DNA of 64,000 nucleotides from an uncultured Chloroflexia bacterium (GTDB lineage Bacteria; Chloroflexota; Anaerolineae; Promineifilales; Promineifilaceae): NCBI GenBank assembly GCA_963736615.1, contig CAVTPP010000005.1:138473-202472 (forward strand), in the 5' to 3' direction. The notes below the pieces were generated by a model that saw only the letters and a program-made list of their open reading frames with translations, had not been told where the DNA came from and searched no databases. The position numbers and the translations under genes are program-made. The first letter of the stretch is position 1. Each line of letters starts with the position of its first letter. Positions 31,441-44,000 of this stretch are shown piece after piece.

Positions 31441-33866
31441 ATGAAAAAAACTCGCGAAGTTTTGTCTCTAAACAAAGGCTGGTTTTTTCAACTTGGTGAT
31501 GAACTCCCAGATGATATGAGATTGCACGGCAATGTGCAGATCATCAATGATGAAACCAATTTGTGGCAAAAAGCAGGCAATCATGGCCTATCTAAGCCAG
31601 ACGTACCTGGAATAGACCGGTGGCGGCGAGTTGACCTGCCGTATGATTACGTCGTTGAAGGCGAATACTCGCCAGACGCTGCCGTCAAAACCGGCTCGCT
31701 CAAGCATGGTAAAGCTATATACGTTAAGCGTTTCTTTCTTTCCGAAATGGACAGAGGCAGACGCATTTTTCTTGAGTTTGACGGTGTGTATCGCGATTGC
31801 CGTGTCTTCATGAATGGCCATTTTGTGGGGCGGCATCTGAGTGGTTACACTTCTTTTGGTTTTGATGTCAGCGAATTATGTTATTTTGGCGGCGATAACA
31901 TCGTTGCCGTGCATGTTGATGCGACTGACAATGAGTTATGGAGCTATGAAGGGGGTGGCATCTATCGCGGTGTCCGTTTAGTGAAAACAGCTAACATATT
32001 TGTGCCGCAGTGGGGAACCTATGTGCGAACGGGGCCAGCCGATGATCCTGGCAAAGTTCAGGCTGAAATTACAGTACACAATATGGATTATTCACCAATT
32101 GTTTGTGAGATAGAAAATGTGATTGTGGGGTCGGACGGCACGGCCGTCACCCAACTCCCACCAAAAACTATCAACATCAACGCCATTGATAAGTGTACAT
32201 TGAAGGTAAACGGCCACATCCCAAATCTCCAACTCTGGCAGCTAGATGATCCCAAGCTGTACACGATGGTTACGACTATTAGTGTCGATGGAACTACCGT
32301 CGACCAATACGAAACCAGATTTGGCATGCGTTATTTCGACTTTGACGCCGAGGCCGGGTTCTCGCTCAACGGCGTGCCGATGAAGCTCAAAGGGGTGTGC
32401 TGTCATCAGGATCACGCCGGTGTCGGCGCTGCTGTGCCGGCATCCCTGCAAACATGGCGTGTGGCGCGACTCAAAGAGATTGGCGCCAACGCGATCCGCA
32501 CCAGCCATAACCCGCCCGACCCTGCTTTGCTCGATGCTTGTGACAGGCTGGGAATGCTGGTCATGGACGAAATCCGCCTGCCTGGTGTCTCTGACGAAGT
32601 CCTAACACAGCTAGATGGTTTGGTGCGTCGTGATCGCAATCATCCCTCCGTCATATTGTGGAGCTTGGGCAATGAGGAAATGATTGTGCAGCATACCGAT
32701 GTAGGGCTCAATATGTTCCGCCGCATGCAGCATCTCGTGCACAAGTTAGACCCCTCACGAAAAACAACTTACGGCATGAATATGAACTGGATCGATATTT
32801 GTGATATCCACGATCAGGCTGGGTTTCGTTTTGATGTATGGGGTAGTAATTACCGCAGCGGCCAAAATAGTGAGAACTACGATATTTTCCATGAAAAGTA
32901 TCCTGACTGGCCGATGCTTGGTTCGGAGACTTGGGGCGGGGCGGCAACACGGGGGCTGTTTACTTTGGATATAAGCCCATATCCGATTAAAATCGAGGAA
33001 CGTTGGCGTATCAAGGATGTGGTTGTTTGGCGGGATCCAGAATTTGAGGGCATTGCCAGTGCCTATGGTGGCACAGCTACGCCATGGGGATATTCGATTG
33101 AGGAGATGTGGCAAGATTGTGTGCAACGGCCGTATATGGCGGGCACTTTTGTCTGGACCGGTTTTGACTATCGCGGTGAAACATTTCCTTACGACTGGCC
33201 CTCTGTGATCACCCGCTTCGGCGTGATGGATTATTGTGGCTTTTACAAAGAAGTCGCCCATTATTTACGCAGTTGGTGGCGCCAGGACGACCCCCATCTC
33301 TTCTTGCTGCCGCACTGGAATTGGAACGGCCGTGAAGGGGAGACGATCAAAGATATGGTGTTATAGCAACTGCCACGCTGTTGAACTGTGGTTCAATGGA
33401 ACATCGTTGGGACGACAAGAGATGCCGGTCAACTTCCGTCTGGAATGGCAGGTTGCTTACGAAGCTGGTGAGTTGATTGTTAAAGGTTATGACGCGACCG
33501 GGGCTGAGATGTTGGCTGATGTCCGACGAACGACGGGCGACCCGGCGCAGGTTGTGCTGCGGCCATTGCTTCTCAACAATCCCAAGGCCGTAGATGATGT
33601 GGCCGTGGTTGCCGTTGAGATTCAAGATGCCTCTGGCGATATCTGTCCACTGAGCGACAATCTTGTCACGTTTGATGTAAAAGGGCCGGCCCGGATTCTT
33701 GGTGTAGGTAATGGCAATCCGGTGAGTCATGAATCTGACAAATCTAACCAGCGCAAGGCGTATCATGGTCTATGTATGGTCTTGCTCAGTCTGACAGGAG
33801 AGGCCTGAACCGATACAGGTAAAGGCTGAATCTCCGGGGTTGACCGGGGCAATGATTGAGCTATAA
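31441..33866 (+). pseudogene. GH2 beta-galactosidase/glucuronidase-like hydrolase with two frameshifts (~33350, ~33803)
   Basis: LNKGWFF, WSLGNEE and NGREGETIK|IWCYSNCHAVELWFNG. The C-terminus ...LSLTGE|[20 protein letters not shown] lies in a third frame. Confidence 0.8.
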
Positions 33867-33892
33867 ATTCATACTGGCAAATAGTGATCGCT

Positions 33893-35266
33893 ATGAAACG
33901 ACCCAACATCCTTTTTCTTCTTACCGACGATCAACGGTTTGATACGATTCATGCATTAGGCAATGAACAAATTCACACGCCAAACCTGGATTATTTGGTA
34001 GAAAATGGCGCGGCTTTTACCCATCCGCTATCATGGGCGGCACATCTGGAGCGGTATGTATGCCCAGCCGGGCCATGATGCATACCGGTCGCACGCTCTT
34101 TCACCTGCACGCCAGGGACAGAACCATCCCCGAGGAGCATATATCTGCTGGAAGAGCCGGCAGGCGCACGGATATGAAACATGGGGCACGGGCAAATGGC
34201 ACAACTCACGGCATCGTATGCGCGCAGCTTCACCGCCGGCGACGAAATTTTTTCGGGGGCATGGACGATCACTGGAACGTGCCCGCCAACCATTATGACC
34301 GGAGCGGCGATTATCCGGCCCCGCCCCAGGTCAAAGTCCGTTGGCTGCTCGAACGAAGTGACCTAACCGTCAAACGTTGATCATATCTCCCAGGAGTACA
34401 CTCGAGCGAGTTGTTCTGCGATGCGGCCGCGAATTTCCTGCAAAGCCACAGCTCTGACGCGCCCTTTTTCATGTATCTCGCCTTCATGGCGCCGCACGAT
34501 CCACGCACCATGCCGCGGGAATATCTGGACATGTATGACCCAACGAGATCGAGCTGCCGCCCAACTTTATGCCCGAGCATCCCTTTGACAATGGCGAACT
34601 CAAGGTCCGTGACGAGCTGCTGGAAAAATGGCCTCGCACCGAAAAGGCCATCAGACGCCACCTGGCCGAGTACTATGCCATGATCACCCACGCTGACGCC
34701 CAGATGGGCCGCGTGCTGGACGCTCTGCGGGAGTCAGGTCAGGCTGAGAACACAATCATCGTGTTTGCGGGCGATAACGGTCTGGCGCTGGGGCAGCATG
34801 GGCTTATGGGCAAGCAAAGCCTCTATGACCACAGCGTGCGCGTGCCCTTGGTGATGATGGGACCGGGGATCCCGGTGGGGGAACAACGTGACGTACTTTG
34901 CTATCTGATCGATATATACCCAACGCTATGTGAGGTGACCGGGCACACGATTCCCAAATCGGTGGAAGGACTCAGCTTAGGGCCGGCATTGGTGGACACG
35001 GCCGTTCCCCATCGCACCCACCTCCATTTTGCATTTACAGATTTGCAGCGGGGCGTGACGGATGGACGTTACAAGTTGATCGAATCTATCACAAATGACT
35101 GTCTTACTACCCAACTTTTTGACCTCAAGCCAGATCCTGGGAATTAAATAACCTGTCAGACGACCAGGCTTTTTCAAGTTCTGTCGCTCGATTACGTCAG
35201 GAATTGGTGAAGTGGCGCACGGAATTGGATGATTGGGGCGATCTGTTCTGGAAAGGTTATGAATAG
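33893..35266 (+). pseudogene. formylglycine-type sulfatase, heavily disrupted (about 7 frame changes plus an in-frame TGA at 34378-34380)
   Basis: [23 protein letters not shown] (CxPSR), GYETWGTGKWHN, FGGMDDHW, PFFMYLAFMAPHDP, YYAMITHADAQMGRV, FAGDNGLALGQHGLMGKQSLYDHSVRVP and DPGELNNL tail segments are found in alternating frames. Confidence 0.85.
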
Positions 35267-35322
35267 GAAGGAAGAATCAGCACAAAAAGGCTTAAAGGTT
35301 GTTTCAAGTCAGTTAGTGAATT

Positions 35323-36382
35323 ATGTCTTATGAGGATGGGTGGGCCGCAATTAATCTGGAAAAACCGAGTCGCATTCCGCGTACGGAATACTCGGCTGAG
35401 ATGCATTGGGAATTGATAACGGCCGTTACCGGTATCAAAGTAGACGAACATAGTTCACTAGAGTTACAGCAGCGGGCTGGTACCGCCTTCATGAAGGCGT
35501 GGAACTACGATTTTTACTGGAGCACGCTCATATCCAGGGATGAGTTTGGCGTTGTACATACGAATATGGGCCATGCAGCAATAGGCTGCCGGTGGGGTGG
35601 ATTGGGACGATGATATCAAGACCCTCTTTGCCGATCCGCAAGATGTCCTAAACTTTGATCCTTGGAAACAGCTTGGAACCCGGAATAAGAACGAGATAAA
35701 AAACCGGTACGAAGCACATTACCAAGAATTATGCGCTCGCCAGCCAACCGGGATCAATATGACTGGCATTTACATCACCCTTATCTCCGGTTTCATTGAT
35801 TTATTTGGCTGGGAAATGCTGTTGTTGGCCGCTGGTGTTGATCAGAAAGGATTTGGTGAGCTTTCCAACCGGTTCGCAGGATGGATGCAGCAATATTTTG
35901 ATGCCCTGGCTGAAGCCGCTGTGCCGGTTGTGATGGTGCATGATGATATTGTCTGGTCTTTCGGGCCTTTTATTCAACCGGCATGGTATCGAGAATACCT
36001 CTTCCCGAATTACAAAAACTATTTTGCCCCACTACTGGAAAGTGGGAAGAAAATCATATACACAACCGATGGCAACTTTGACCGCTTTGTAGACGATATT
36101 GCGGATACGGGGGTACATGGTTTTGTGCTGGAACCGTGGACAGATATGGCTGCGGTCGTAGAGCGATATGGGCAAACACATGTCATTATCGGCAATGCAG
36201 ATACGCGCATTTTACTATATGGTACAAAAGAGCAGATCCGTGCTGAAGTTGAACGGTGTATGAATCTGGGGCGCGATTGTCCCGGCTTTTTTATGGCTGT
36301 AGGCAATCATATTCCCCCGAATACACCGGTAAAGAATGCGTTGTATTACAACGATATCTATTTAGAATTGAGCCATCGCTAA
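35323..36382 (+). pseudogene. uroporphyrinogen-decarboxylase (URO-D)-fold family protein with one frameshift near 35584-35592
   Basis: The 96-aa and 261-aa ORFs join as ...TNMGHAAI|AGGVDWDDDIK. C-terminal part: VMVHDDIVW...TTDGN...GFVLEP...MAVGNHIPPNTP. Confidence 0.7.
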
Positions 36383-36493
36383 GCAGCCATAAGCAAGCCG
36401 ACTCCAATGACATTGATCATCAACTAAAATATTTAATGACCAACTCGAAGAACTAAATTTTAAGAAGACAATAATAAATGGAGAAAGAAGAGA

Positions 36494-37630
36494 ATGATTG
36501 AGGATCAAACTGTAAAGATCGGCTTAGTTGGTACGGGTAATATCAGCGACATTTATTTACAAAATGGACAATGGCTCAACACGATTGAGATCATAGCCGT
36601 TTCGGATTTAGACTTGGAAAAGGCGGCTAAACAGGCAGACGCTTTTAATATTCTACAGGTTTGCACAGTGGATGAGATGTTGTCAAATCCAGAAGTAGAA
36701 ATTGTACTGAATTTGACGACCCCGGAGGCACATGGGCCAGTCGCGATGGCGTCACTGAAAGCAGGCAAGTCGGTTTACAATGAAAAGCCATTGGCTTTGA
36801 CACGTGACGAAGCACACTCTATGTTGGCATTGGCCCAACAACGAGGGCTGCTTATCGGTTGCGCGCCAGATACTGTTATGGGTGCAGGTATTCAAACTTG
36901 CCGCCAGTTGATTGACAGCGGTGCCATTGGTAAGCCGGTGGCAGCAACGGCTTTTGTCATGGGACCGGGGCATGAGTCCTGGCACCTCAACCCAGCATTT
37001 TTTTACCAGCCAGGCGGCGGGCCAATGTTTGATATGGGGCCATACTATTTGACCACGTTGATTAATTTGCTGGGACCGGTAACGGCCGTTTCTGGTATGG
37101 TCACCAAAGGGCAAACACAGCGCACAATAACTAGCCAACCTCTTGCCGGACAGAAGATAGATGTTCAACTGCCGACCCATGTTGCTGGTCTGATGACCTT
37201 CGAAAACGGTGCCGTTTGCACTATCGTCACCAGTTTCGATGTGCCAGGACATGAGCATCCATTTATTGAGATTTACGGCACTGAAGCCACTATCAGCGTC
37301 CCTGATCCCAACACATTTGGTGGGCCAGTACGGCTCAAACGGCGTGGAGAAGCGTGGCAAGAAATACCACTAAGATACGACTATGCAGGCAACTCACGGG
37401 GATTAGGCTTAGCCGATATGGCAGCAGCTCTACGCGACGGGCAGATGCGCCATCGCGCCAATGGCGAAATTGCGTACCATGTATTGGACTTAATGTGGGC
37501 ATTTCACGATGCTGCTGAACAAGGAAAGCAAATTACATTGCAAAGTCACTGTAATTATCCAGAACCAATGCCGGCTTATCCGGTTTTTGGCGAATCTAAT
37601 TTTTATAAAGGGAAGCTTAGAGAAAATTGA
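36494..37630 (+). CDS. Gfo/Idh/MocA-family NAD(P)-dependent oxidoreductase
   Basis: N-terminal Rossmann segment [15 protein letters not shown]. 378 aa. About 40% GC and intact. Confidence 0.85.
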   Translation: MIEDQTVKIGLVGTGNISDIYLQNGQWLNTIEIIAVSDLDLEKAAKQADAFNILQVCTVDEMLSNPEVEIVLNLTTPEAHGPVAMASLKAGKSVYNEKPLALTRDEAHSMLALAQQRGLLIGCAPDTVMGAGIQTCRQLIDSGAIGKPVAATAFVMGPGHESWHLNPAFFYQPGGGPMFDMGPYYLTTLINLLGPVTAVSGMVTKGQTQRTITSQPLAGQKIDVQLPTHVAGLMTFENGAVCTIVTSFDVPGHEHPFIEIYGTEATISVPDPNTFGGPVRLKRRGEAWQEIPLRYDYAGNSRGLGLADMAAALRDGQMRHRANGEIAYHVLDLMWAFHDAAEQGKQITLQSHCNYPEPMPAYPVFGESNFYKGKLREN

Positions 37631-37640
37631 CGAGGAAACT

Positions 37641-38294
37641 ATGACAAAAAAAGCTTTAATGGTCTGGGGTGGTTGGGAAAGTCACGAACCGCAGCAATGT
37701 GTGGAGATTTTTGCGCCTTTGCTGCAGCAAGCGGGGTATGAGGTAGAGATTTACGACACACTAGATGCTTATCTCAATACGGAAAAGATGAACAGTTACG
37801 ACCTCATCTCACAAACTTACACAATGAGCAGCATCTCTAAAGAGCAGCTCGACGGGCTTCTCAATGCCATTCGTCAAGGGGCGGGCTTCGCGGGCTGGCA
37901 CGGGGGTATGGCCGACGCCTTCCGTGATAGTGTTGACTATCAATTTATGGTTGGTGGGCAATGGGTGGCGCATCCTGGCAATATTATTGATTATAATGTG
38001 CAAATTTGTGCACATGACGATCCGATTACTTCCGGAATTAGTGACTTCAAGATGCACTCTGAACAATATTATATGCATGTCGATCCATCGAATGAGGTTC
38101 TGGCAACGACAATGTTTGACGCATCTTATCACGATTGGATCAACGGCGTGGTAATGCCGGTGGTCTGGAAACGTCATTGGGGCAAAGGCCGTGTCTTCTA
38201 TAGTTCGCTGGGACATGTGGCTGCGGATTTTGACGTTCCTGAAGCACGGGAAATCATGCGTCGGGGTATGTTGTGGTCAGGTTCATCAAAGTAA
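37641..38294 (+). CDS. ThuA-like (trehalose-utilisation-like) domain protein
   Basis: [17 protein letters not shown]...GWHGG...[12 protein letters not shown] motifs. ATG at 37641 follows a GAGGAA RBS; the listed ORF is open from 37509. Confidence 0.75.
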   Translation: MTKKALMVWGGWESHEPQQCVEIFAPLLQQAGYEVEIYDTLDAYLNTEKMNSYDLISQTYTMSSISKEQLDGLLNAIRQGAGFAGWHGGMADAFRDSVDYQFMVGGQWVAHPGNIIDYNVQICAHDDPITSGISDFKMHSEQYYMHVDPSNEVLATTMFDASYHDWINGVVMPVVWKRHWGKGRVFYSSLGHVAADFDVPEAREIMRRGMLWSGSSK

Positions 38295-38311
38295 CAGGAT
38301 GGAAAAGGAGT

Positions 38312-39879
38312 TCATGACGCTGTGTTTGGGATGGGTAAAGCCGCCAATTCAGCGTATGCCGGTTCTGTGCGCTTAAGTAATTCGGCATAAAAGGCGGCGT
38401 ATTGACGGTAAAGCTGATGCGCTGCCGGGTCTGGTTCATAGCGCGTTGAACGCTGTATAAATTGCTCAGATGCTGCCGTCATATCGTCGAAAATGCCTAG
38501 CGCATATCCGGCCAGAATCGCATTGCCGACCGCGGCCACATCGTCCCGACCAAGGCAAACATAAGGCACGCCCATCACATCCGCCTTGATCTGGTTCCAT
38601 AAGGCGCTTTGCGAACCACCGCCATAGGCTGTGATTTCTGTCACATCTGTTTCCGGGTAAATTTCCTGGAACGATTGGAAAGTCAGATATTGGTCATAAG
38701 CGATGGATTCTAAAATGGCGCGATAGAAAATGCGCCCGTTTGTGTGTCCATGAGAAGCCAATCCATGCGCCGCGATAATTGGTGTTGTTAGGGCTGGCGC
38801 GCCCACCTAAGATGGGGAATAAAGAACAATTTCTCGGAACCGGGCGGCAGCTATTCTGCCGCCATTTATCTAGAACTGCATATGACTTTTGCCTCCCGAA
38901 TCTTGCGCAGATAATTTCGTCGGCATAGGCAAAGGTTTCTTTGAACCAGTGATGGGTCAGCCCGCCGCCGATGATGTAAGCAGACGGGTTCCAGTGCCCA
39001 GGAATTGGTGATGGCAAAATTTCGGCGACGCGGTTCTTCATATCGGGCTGAAAGGTGTTGGTACAAAGAGCGATCAAGGGATAAGTGCCGGCGTTGTCGG
39101 CCATGCGGTTGGGGTGGGTGATGCCTGCGCCGATTAACCCGGCAACCTGATCGGCCATCCCGGCCACAATGGGTGTTCCCGACCAGCAGTCCAACGGCGT
39201 CGGCAAAAACCGGGCTTAGGCTGCCGATGATGTCTGATGAGTTAACGATGCGTGGAAGTTTTTCCGGTGAGATATTCATCGCTCGGCACAGCTCATCAGA
39301 CCAAGTGTAGTGCTGGGTGTCACTGAGGCCAGTGACCCACAGATAGGTGATGTCTATGAAGATGTCGTCTACGGGCAGGCCGGCCAGTTTTGCCAACAAG
39401 TAACCACTTATTGTGGCGAATTTGGCGGTTCTCCGGTAGGCATCGGGGAAGGCATCCCGTATCCACATGATTTTGGGGGCAATGGTGGGCTGTCCAGAGC
39501 CGGTGATTGACCGGATTAGATCGTGATGATGCTCTAGAACGCGGTTGAGGTAGGGGGTAAAGCGTATATCGAGGGTGGTGGTGTACGGTGTGGTTGGGTT
39601 GCCATCTACGTCTATGCCTAAGACGCCGCTTTGCATGCCGTCAAGACATATGGCGGCGATGTTGTCGGGAGATACGGCCGTTTTTTCTACCAACTCGCGC
39701 ACCGACTCAACGACCGCATTCAAAATCATCTCCGGATCATACTCGGCCACACCTTGCTCTGGTTGATCGGGGCGGGTATCTCGTTTAGCTGCACCTAATG
39801 ATTTGCCATCGGTATCATAAATTGAAGACTTCGTAAAACTCGATCCGACGTCGATACAGACAAAATATTTTTGTTTCAT
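38312..39879 (-). pseudogene. FGGY-family carbohydrate kinase with at least 4 frame changes (~39183, ~38865, ~38808, ~38726) and a possible in-frame TAG (38851-38853)
   Basis: N-terminus YFVCIDVGSSFTKSSIYD, then SGTPIVAGMADQVAG, GGGLTHHWFKE, MAAE*LPPGSEKLLFIPHL, GGRASPNNTNYRGAWIGFSWTH, FYRAILESIAYD and AYGGGSQSALWNQIKADV across three frames. The start overlaps the upstream gene's stop (ATGA). Confidence 0.8.
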
Positions 39880-40952
39880 ATCTTCTTACTTACAGGCGCC
39901 AATTTATCCATGTCTAGTGGATATGTTCCGTATTCACGTATTGCATTGACCATTGCAGTGTATAATTCCGGCTTCACCCCCGAATGAATCGAATTGCTGG
40001 ACGAACAAGCGAAACCACCTCCAGGTCCGGCCGTGCGGATACAATCTTTAACTGCTTCAACTACATCTGCCTCAATGCCATTTGTAAGAAGCTCGGCGCA
40101 ATCTACGTTACCTTTGATCGCTATTTTACTGCCCCAATCACGCTTGATGACGCCTAGTTCCATCCCGGCCATCGCATCTATGGGGTCAATGCCGTCAATA
40201 CCTGCATTAACAAGTGACTCTAGAACAGCCATGATGTTGCCGTCAGTATGTTTCCAGTAATATAACCCGCAGTCGTGAATGGCTTGTACCCATCGACGGA
40301 AATAGGGCAAAAAAATACGATCCCACACCTTGGGAGAGATCAATGTCCGCTGATTGTCGGCAATGTCGTCTCCGGACATGATAATTTCCGCACCCAGGTC
40401 TGCTGCTATTTCCACCAGGGCGATACTCTGATCAATACATTTTTCGACCAGCGCCACCACTAGTTCCGGTTCTATGAGGCAGTTGACGAGTAGTTCCTCA
40501 TAACCCATGAGGTCACGCGGGTTCGACCAGACATCCCGGAGCTGTACGAAGATGGCTCGCCGGCCTTTGAAGCGTTGAATGCGGGCTTTCATGGTGTCAA
40601 ACCGTCCGGGTGCATATGGATCTGGGGGATTCCAGCGCTCTAGATCAGCCATGCTCTTGATCGGCGCCAGGCGGTCCACCGGCATCGCATATGCCTCATG
40701 GCCTACGATGCGTGTAACCCCCCATTCATCCAGCATGTAACCGTTGCCAACTGGCATTTTACTGTAATCTGGTCCACACATGATGGCGTCCAAGTTAAAT
40801 TTCTCGATGAAATCTTCGTAAGAGCCTCCACCGGTCATGGTTTTAACCAGTCCGGGATCAATATCCCACTCAAATGTGGGGATGCGATCGGGTTCTTTCT
40901 TTTGGATTACTGCCAGAACCCGCTCTTGGTTGGTCATGTCGCTAAAAGTCAA
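39876..40952 (-). CDS. URO-D-fold family protein (intact paralogue-type)
   Basis: 358 aa. EPDRIPTFEW...IMSGDDIA...WKHTDGN...GIDPID...SSNSIHSGV. Confidence 0.75.
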   Translation of the reverse strand: MTFSDMTNQERVLAVIQKKEPDRIPTFEWDIDPGLVKTMTGGGSYEDFIEKFNLDAIMCGPDYSKMPVGNGYMLDEWGVTRIVGHEAYAMPVDRLAPIKSMADLERWNPPDPYAPGRFDTMKARIQRFKGRRAIFVQLRDVWSNPRDLMGYEELLVNCLIEPELVVALVEKCIDQSIALVEIAADLGAEIIMSGDDIADNQRTLISPKVWDRIFLPYFRRWVQAIHDCGLYYWKHTDGNIMAVLESLVNAGIDGIDPIDAMAGMELGVIKRDWGSKIAIKGNVDCAELLTNGIEADVVEAVKDCIRTAGPGGGFACSSSNSIHSGVKPELYTAMVNAIREYGTYPLDMDKLAPVSKKI

Positions 40953-41025
40953 AATAGTATGCCCTCAATAAGAACCTGATAAATTAGGTTTTCCTACCTG
41001 CTTCACCCAGGAATAATCATCAGAA

Positions 41026-44000
41026 CTACTGCTCGATATCAGCTAATTGCAGATTGGCCCACCAGTTGTGGGGATCGATGTTCAAGACGGCTTTGAAACT
41101 GGCAGCAGCTTCTTGAGCATTTCCCTGCCCGAGATAGGCCAAGCCCAAAAGGTAATGCCCTTGAATCTCGATTTCCAAATTTGGGTCATCATCAAAGGCA
41201 ATCATTGCTGGTTTGGAAGTGAAAAATCCGCCCTCGTCATTGGAGTCGAGTTTCTTTTGGGCGAACGCTTGCAATTCGCACAACTTGTCTTCGGCTGCGG
41301 ATTCTTGCCCTAATGCTCGAAGGGAAAGGGCAGCATAATAAGTCAGCGGCGTCCGCGCTCCCCACAATGAAACCTTTGTTTCCGCATCAATCACCTGTTG
41401 GTAATAATTAGCGGCCGTTTCGGTATCGCCTAATTTCGCAATTGTTTCGGCAGCAATAAACCAGGCCAGAGCCCTATATAGGGATAGCCCATGATCAATT
41501 CCCAGATTGTTAGTTGGTTTTTCGGCACTTCGAAAATGTTCCAGCGCCAGTTGCATATCTCCTGCATCCAAAGCAGCTTGCATCAAAAGTACATGAGCCA
41601 ATGCGTATTGCCCTGCCGCGCCACCCTCACCTCCTTCCCAGGCATGGAAATTTCGAGTCGTGAGGATTTCCAGAGCTTTTTTGGGGTGGCCGTTTTGACT
41701 ATAAAGCTCTGCCATTGAGACGGACAGATCATCACGTTGTTTTACGAGATCAGCATTTTCCTCCAGAATGGTTAACCGGTCAGATGGTGAAACGCCGAGG
41801 CGCTGAAGCAGTTGGTCCATTTCCATCAATAGTCGTGGATCGCTAGGATTAGCTGCCCGAGCCTGATCATAGCACTGTTTTGCACCATCTTTTTCGCCGC
41901 GTTTATTGAAAAGTGCAGTGCCCAGGTTACGCCAGGGAATGGCAAATTTCGGCACGAGCTGCGTAGCTGTCTGCCAAGAGGTGATAGCTTTCTCGTATTG
42001 CTTTTTGTCATAGTAAAGATTGCCGAGGTAATACGCGGCGTATCCATCTGACGGGTTGGCTTTCTGGGCAGCTTCTAGGACGATTTGCTCCTCCAAGCGG
42101 ATCGGGAAACAGTAATCCGACGGTTGGCCGGCTGCTTGCCGGTACCAGTCAAGCGCAGCAGTCGGGTCTCCCATTTGATCCGCGAAGTAGCCTAGAGCGT
42201 AATAGACTATTGAGTAGATGTTTTTGAGTGGGGTATGTTCTGACGATCCAAGATAAAGGGTTTGGCTCGCTGCCATATATGGATCGGATTGACAGTAATC
42301 TAAGAGCAAATTACGCGCTTCATCAAACAGCCCTGCATTGGCGTAGTCGAAGGCCAAATCGAGATAGTTTTGAACGTCACTGCGCAAGATACGGGTCAAT
42401 TCTGCGCGATCGTTGGTCAGTAACATGAGTTCGCAGTGGGCCCACTGGTCAAGTGGGTCAAAGTTCAAAATTTCATTAGCAATTTGTTTCGCTGCTTCAA
42501 GTTCTCCCAATTTACGCAAGGCGACAACCTTCAGCGATCGTGCTTTGTTATTGTGAGCGTTGGTGACCAAGGCATGGTCAAGGTGGTCTATTGCTTTGAT
42601 GTATTCTCCAAAGCGGATGTCAATCTGCGCCAAGGCGAAATATCCGGACGCGCGCCAGGCGTAAGCCCAGGTGGCTTTATTGAAATGATCATAGGCTTCA
42701 TCATAGTGACCCTGATAAACCAACGCCAGCCCCAAATTGTAGTGCGGCTCGCCATTGTAAGGATTGAAGTTGTAGCGGGTCAACGTTTGGATCGCCCTGC
42801 GAAAGAGCTTTGCAGCACCGGTAAAATCGCCGCGGCGTAGGAGAAGCCGTCCCAGGGCGTTATTGCAGCGGCTGTCGCCTGGATCGAGTTCCAAGGCACG
42901 TTCCCAATAGGGTGCGGGATCGAGACTGAAATGAAGGTATTGTTCTACGTGAAGGCCGGTTAAGTACAGTTCTTCCAACGAGTCGATGTTGTGTGGAAGC
43001 AGGGGGGGCTTCGCTGTTTCGGGAAGGGGTTCGTTTTTGGGTGTCGTAGGTGAAAATGCTATGACTTCGCTGCCGTGGGAGTCAAGGATTTTCAATCCTG
43101 TTATTGGTTGATCGATCAATTTTAGACTCTCGGCAGTAAACAATAAAGGCTTCCCTGGAGCCAGATCAACTTGTTGATCAAGAATAATCTCTTCTTGGGA
43201 AGTGAGAATTATTCTCAAGTCAGGAAACGCTTCGGTGGCACAGACTCCAACATAATCCGATTCAAGGTTCACCGCAATCTTGGAATTCGCGTTCTTGACC
43301 ACGCCAATCTCCTGGATGGGGTACCAAATCTGGGAAAAGGTTTTGGTCTCATATGGATGTATCCAGGTGAAATCGGGCTGGTTGTCCGAGTAAGCTGATG
43401 CCATTAACTCCACATAGGGGCCATCCTCATCTGTCAGGTTCTCTTGCCAACCAGTACCAAAACTGCCTGTACCCCATGTAAAGAGTTTCTTTCCTGGAGA
43501 AATGTGGCGGTTTGCCACGTGGATTATGCCGCCTTTCTGGCCATGATCATAACCCCCAAAGAATTCGAAATTGGAGGGGTTGGCGAAATAAGATGAAGCC
43601 TCAACCACATTCTTTGGCCAGGAAATGTCCACGCCATCCGTCCAATCCAAGCCGGCATATTTTTGCTTGGCTATCGGATATTCAGCCATATAGGCCCGCG
43701 AGTGGAAGGTGACGCTTTCCACATCCGGTGGGAAGATAAGTTGGTAATCATCGTTGACATGAACGGCCGTGTTGACCCACCATAGAAAGGGTTGCGGTAG
43801 CGGCGTGCGGTTGAAGAGCTGCACCTTAAGTTCGAACAAGGCCTTGCCCGGATAGATACATACGCCTACCATCCCCTTCATACGGTTCATCGGTTCGTGC
43901 TCGCTTAGCCAGACCGTGACCGAGCCATCTTGGCCCTCTTCCAACGTGTACTCCACTGGCGAAAAGGTTGAAGGGCGATGGTGCAATGGCCAATTAAACT

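Noticed and set aside
34378-34380. In-frame TGA in the sulfatase read as selenocysteine
   Set aside because: I see no SECIS-like hairpin immediately downstream. The position is outside the catalytic CxPSR motif, and the gene is otherwise riddled with frameshifts.
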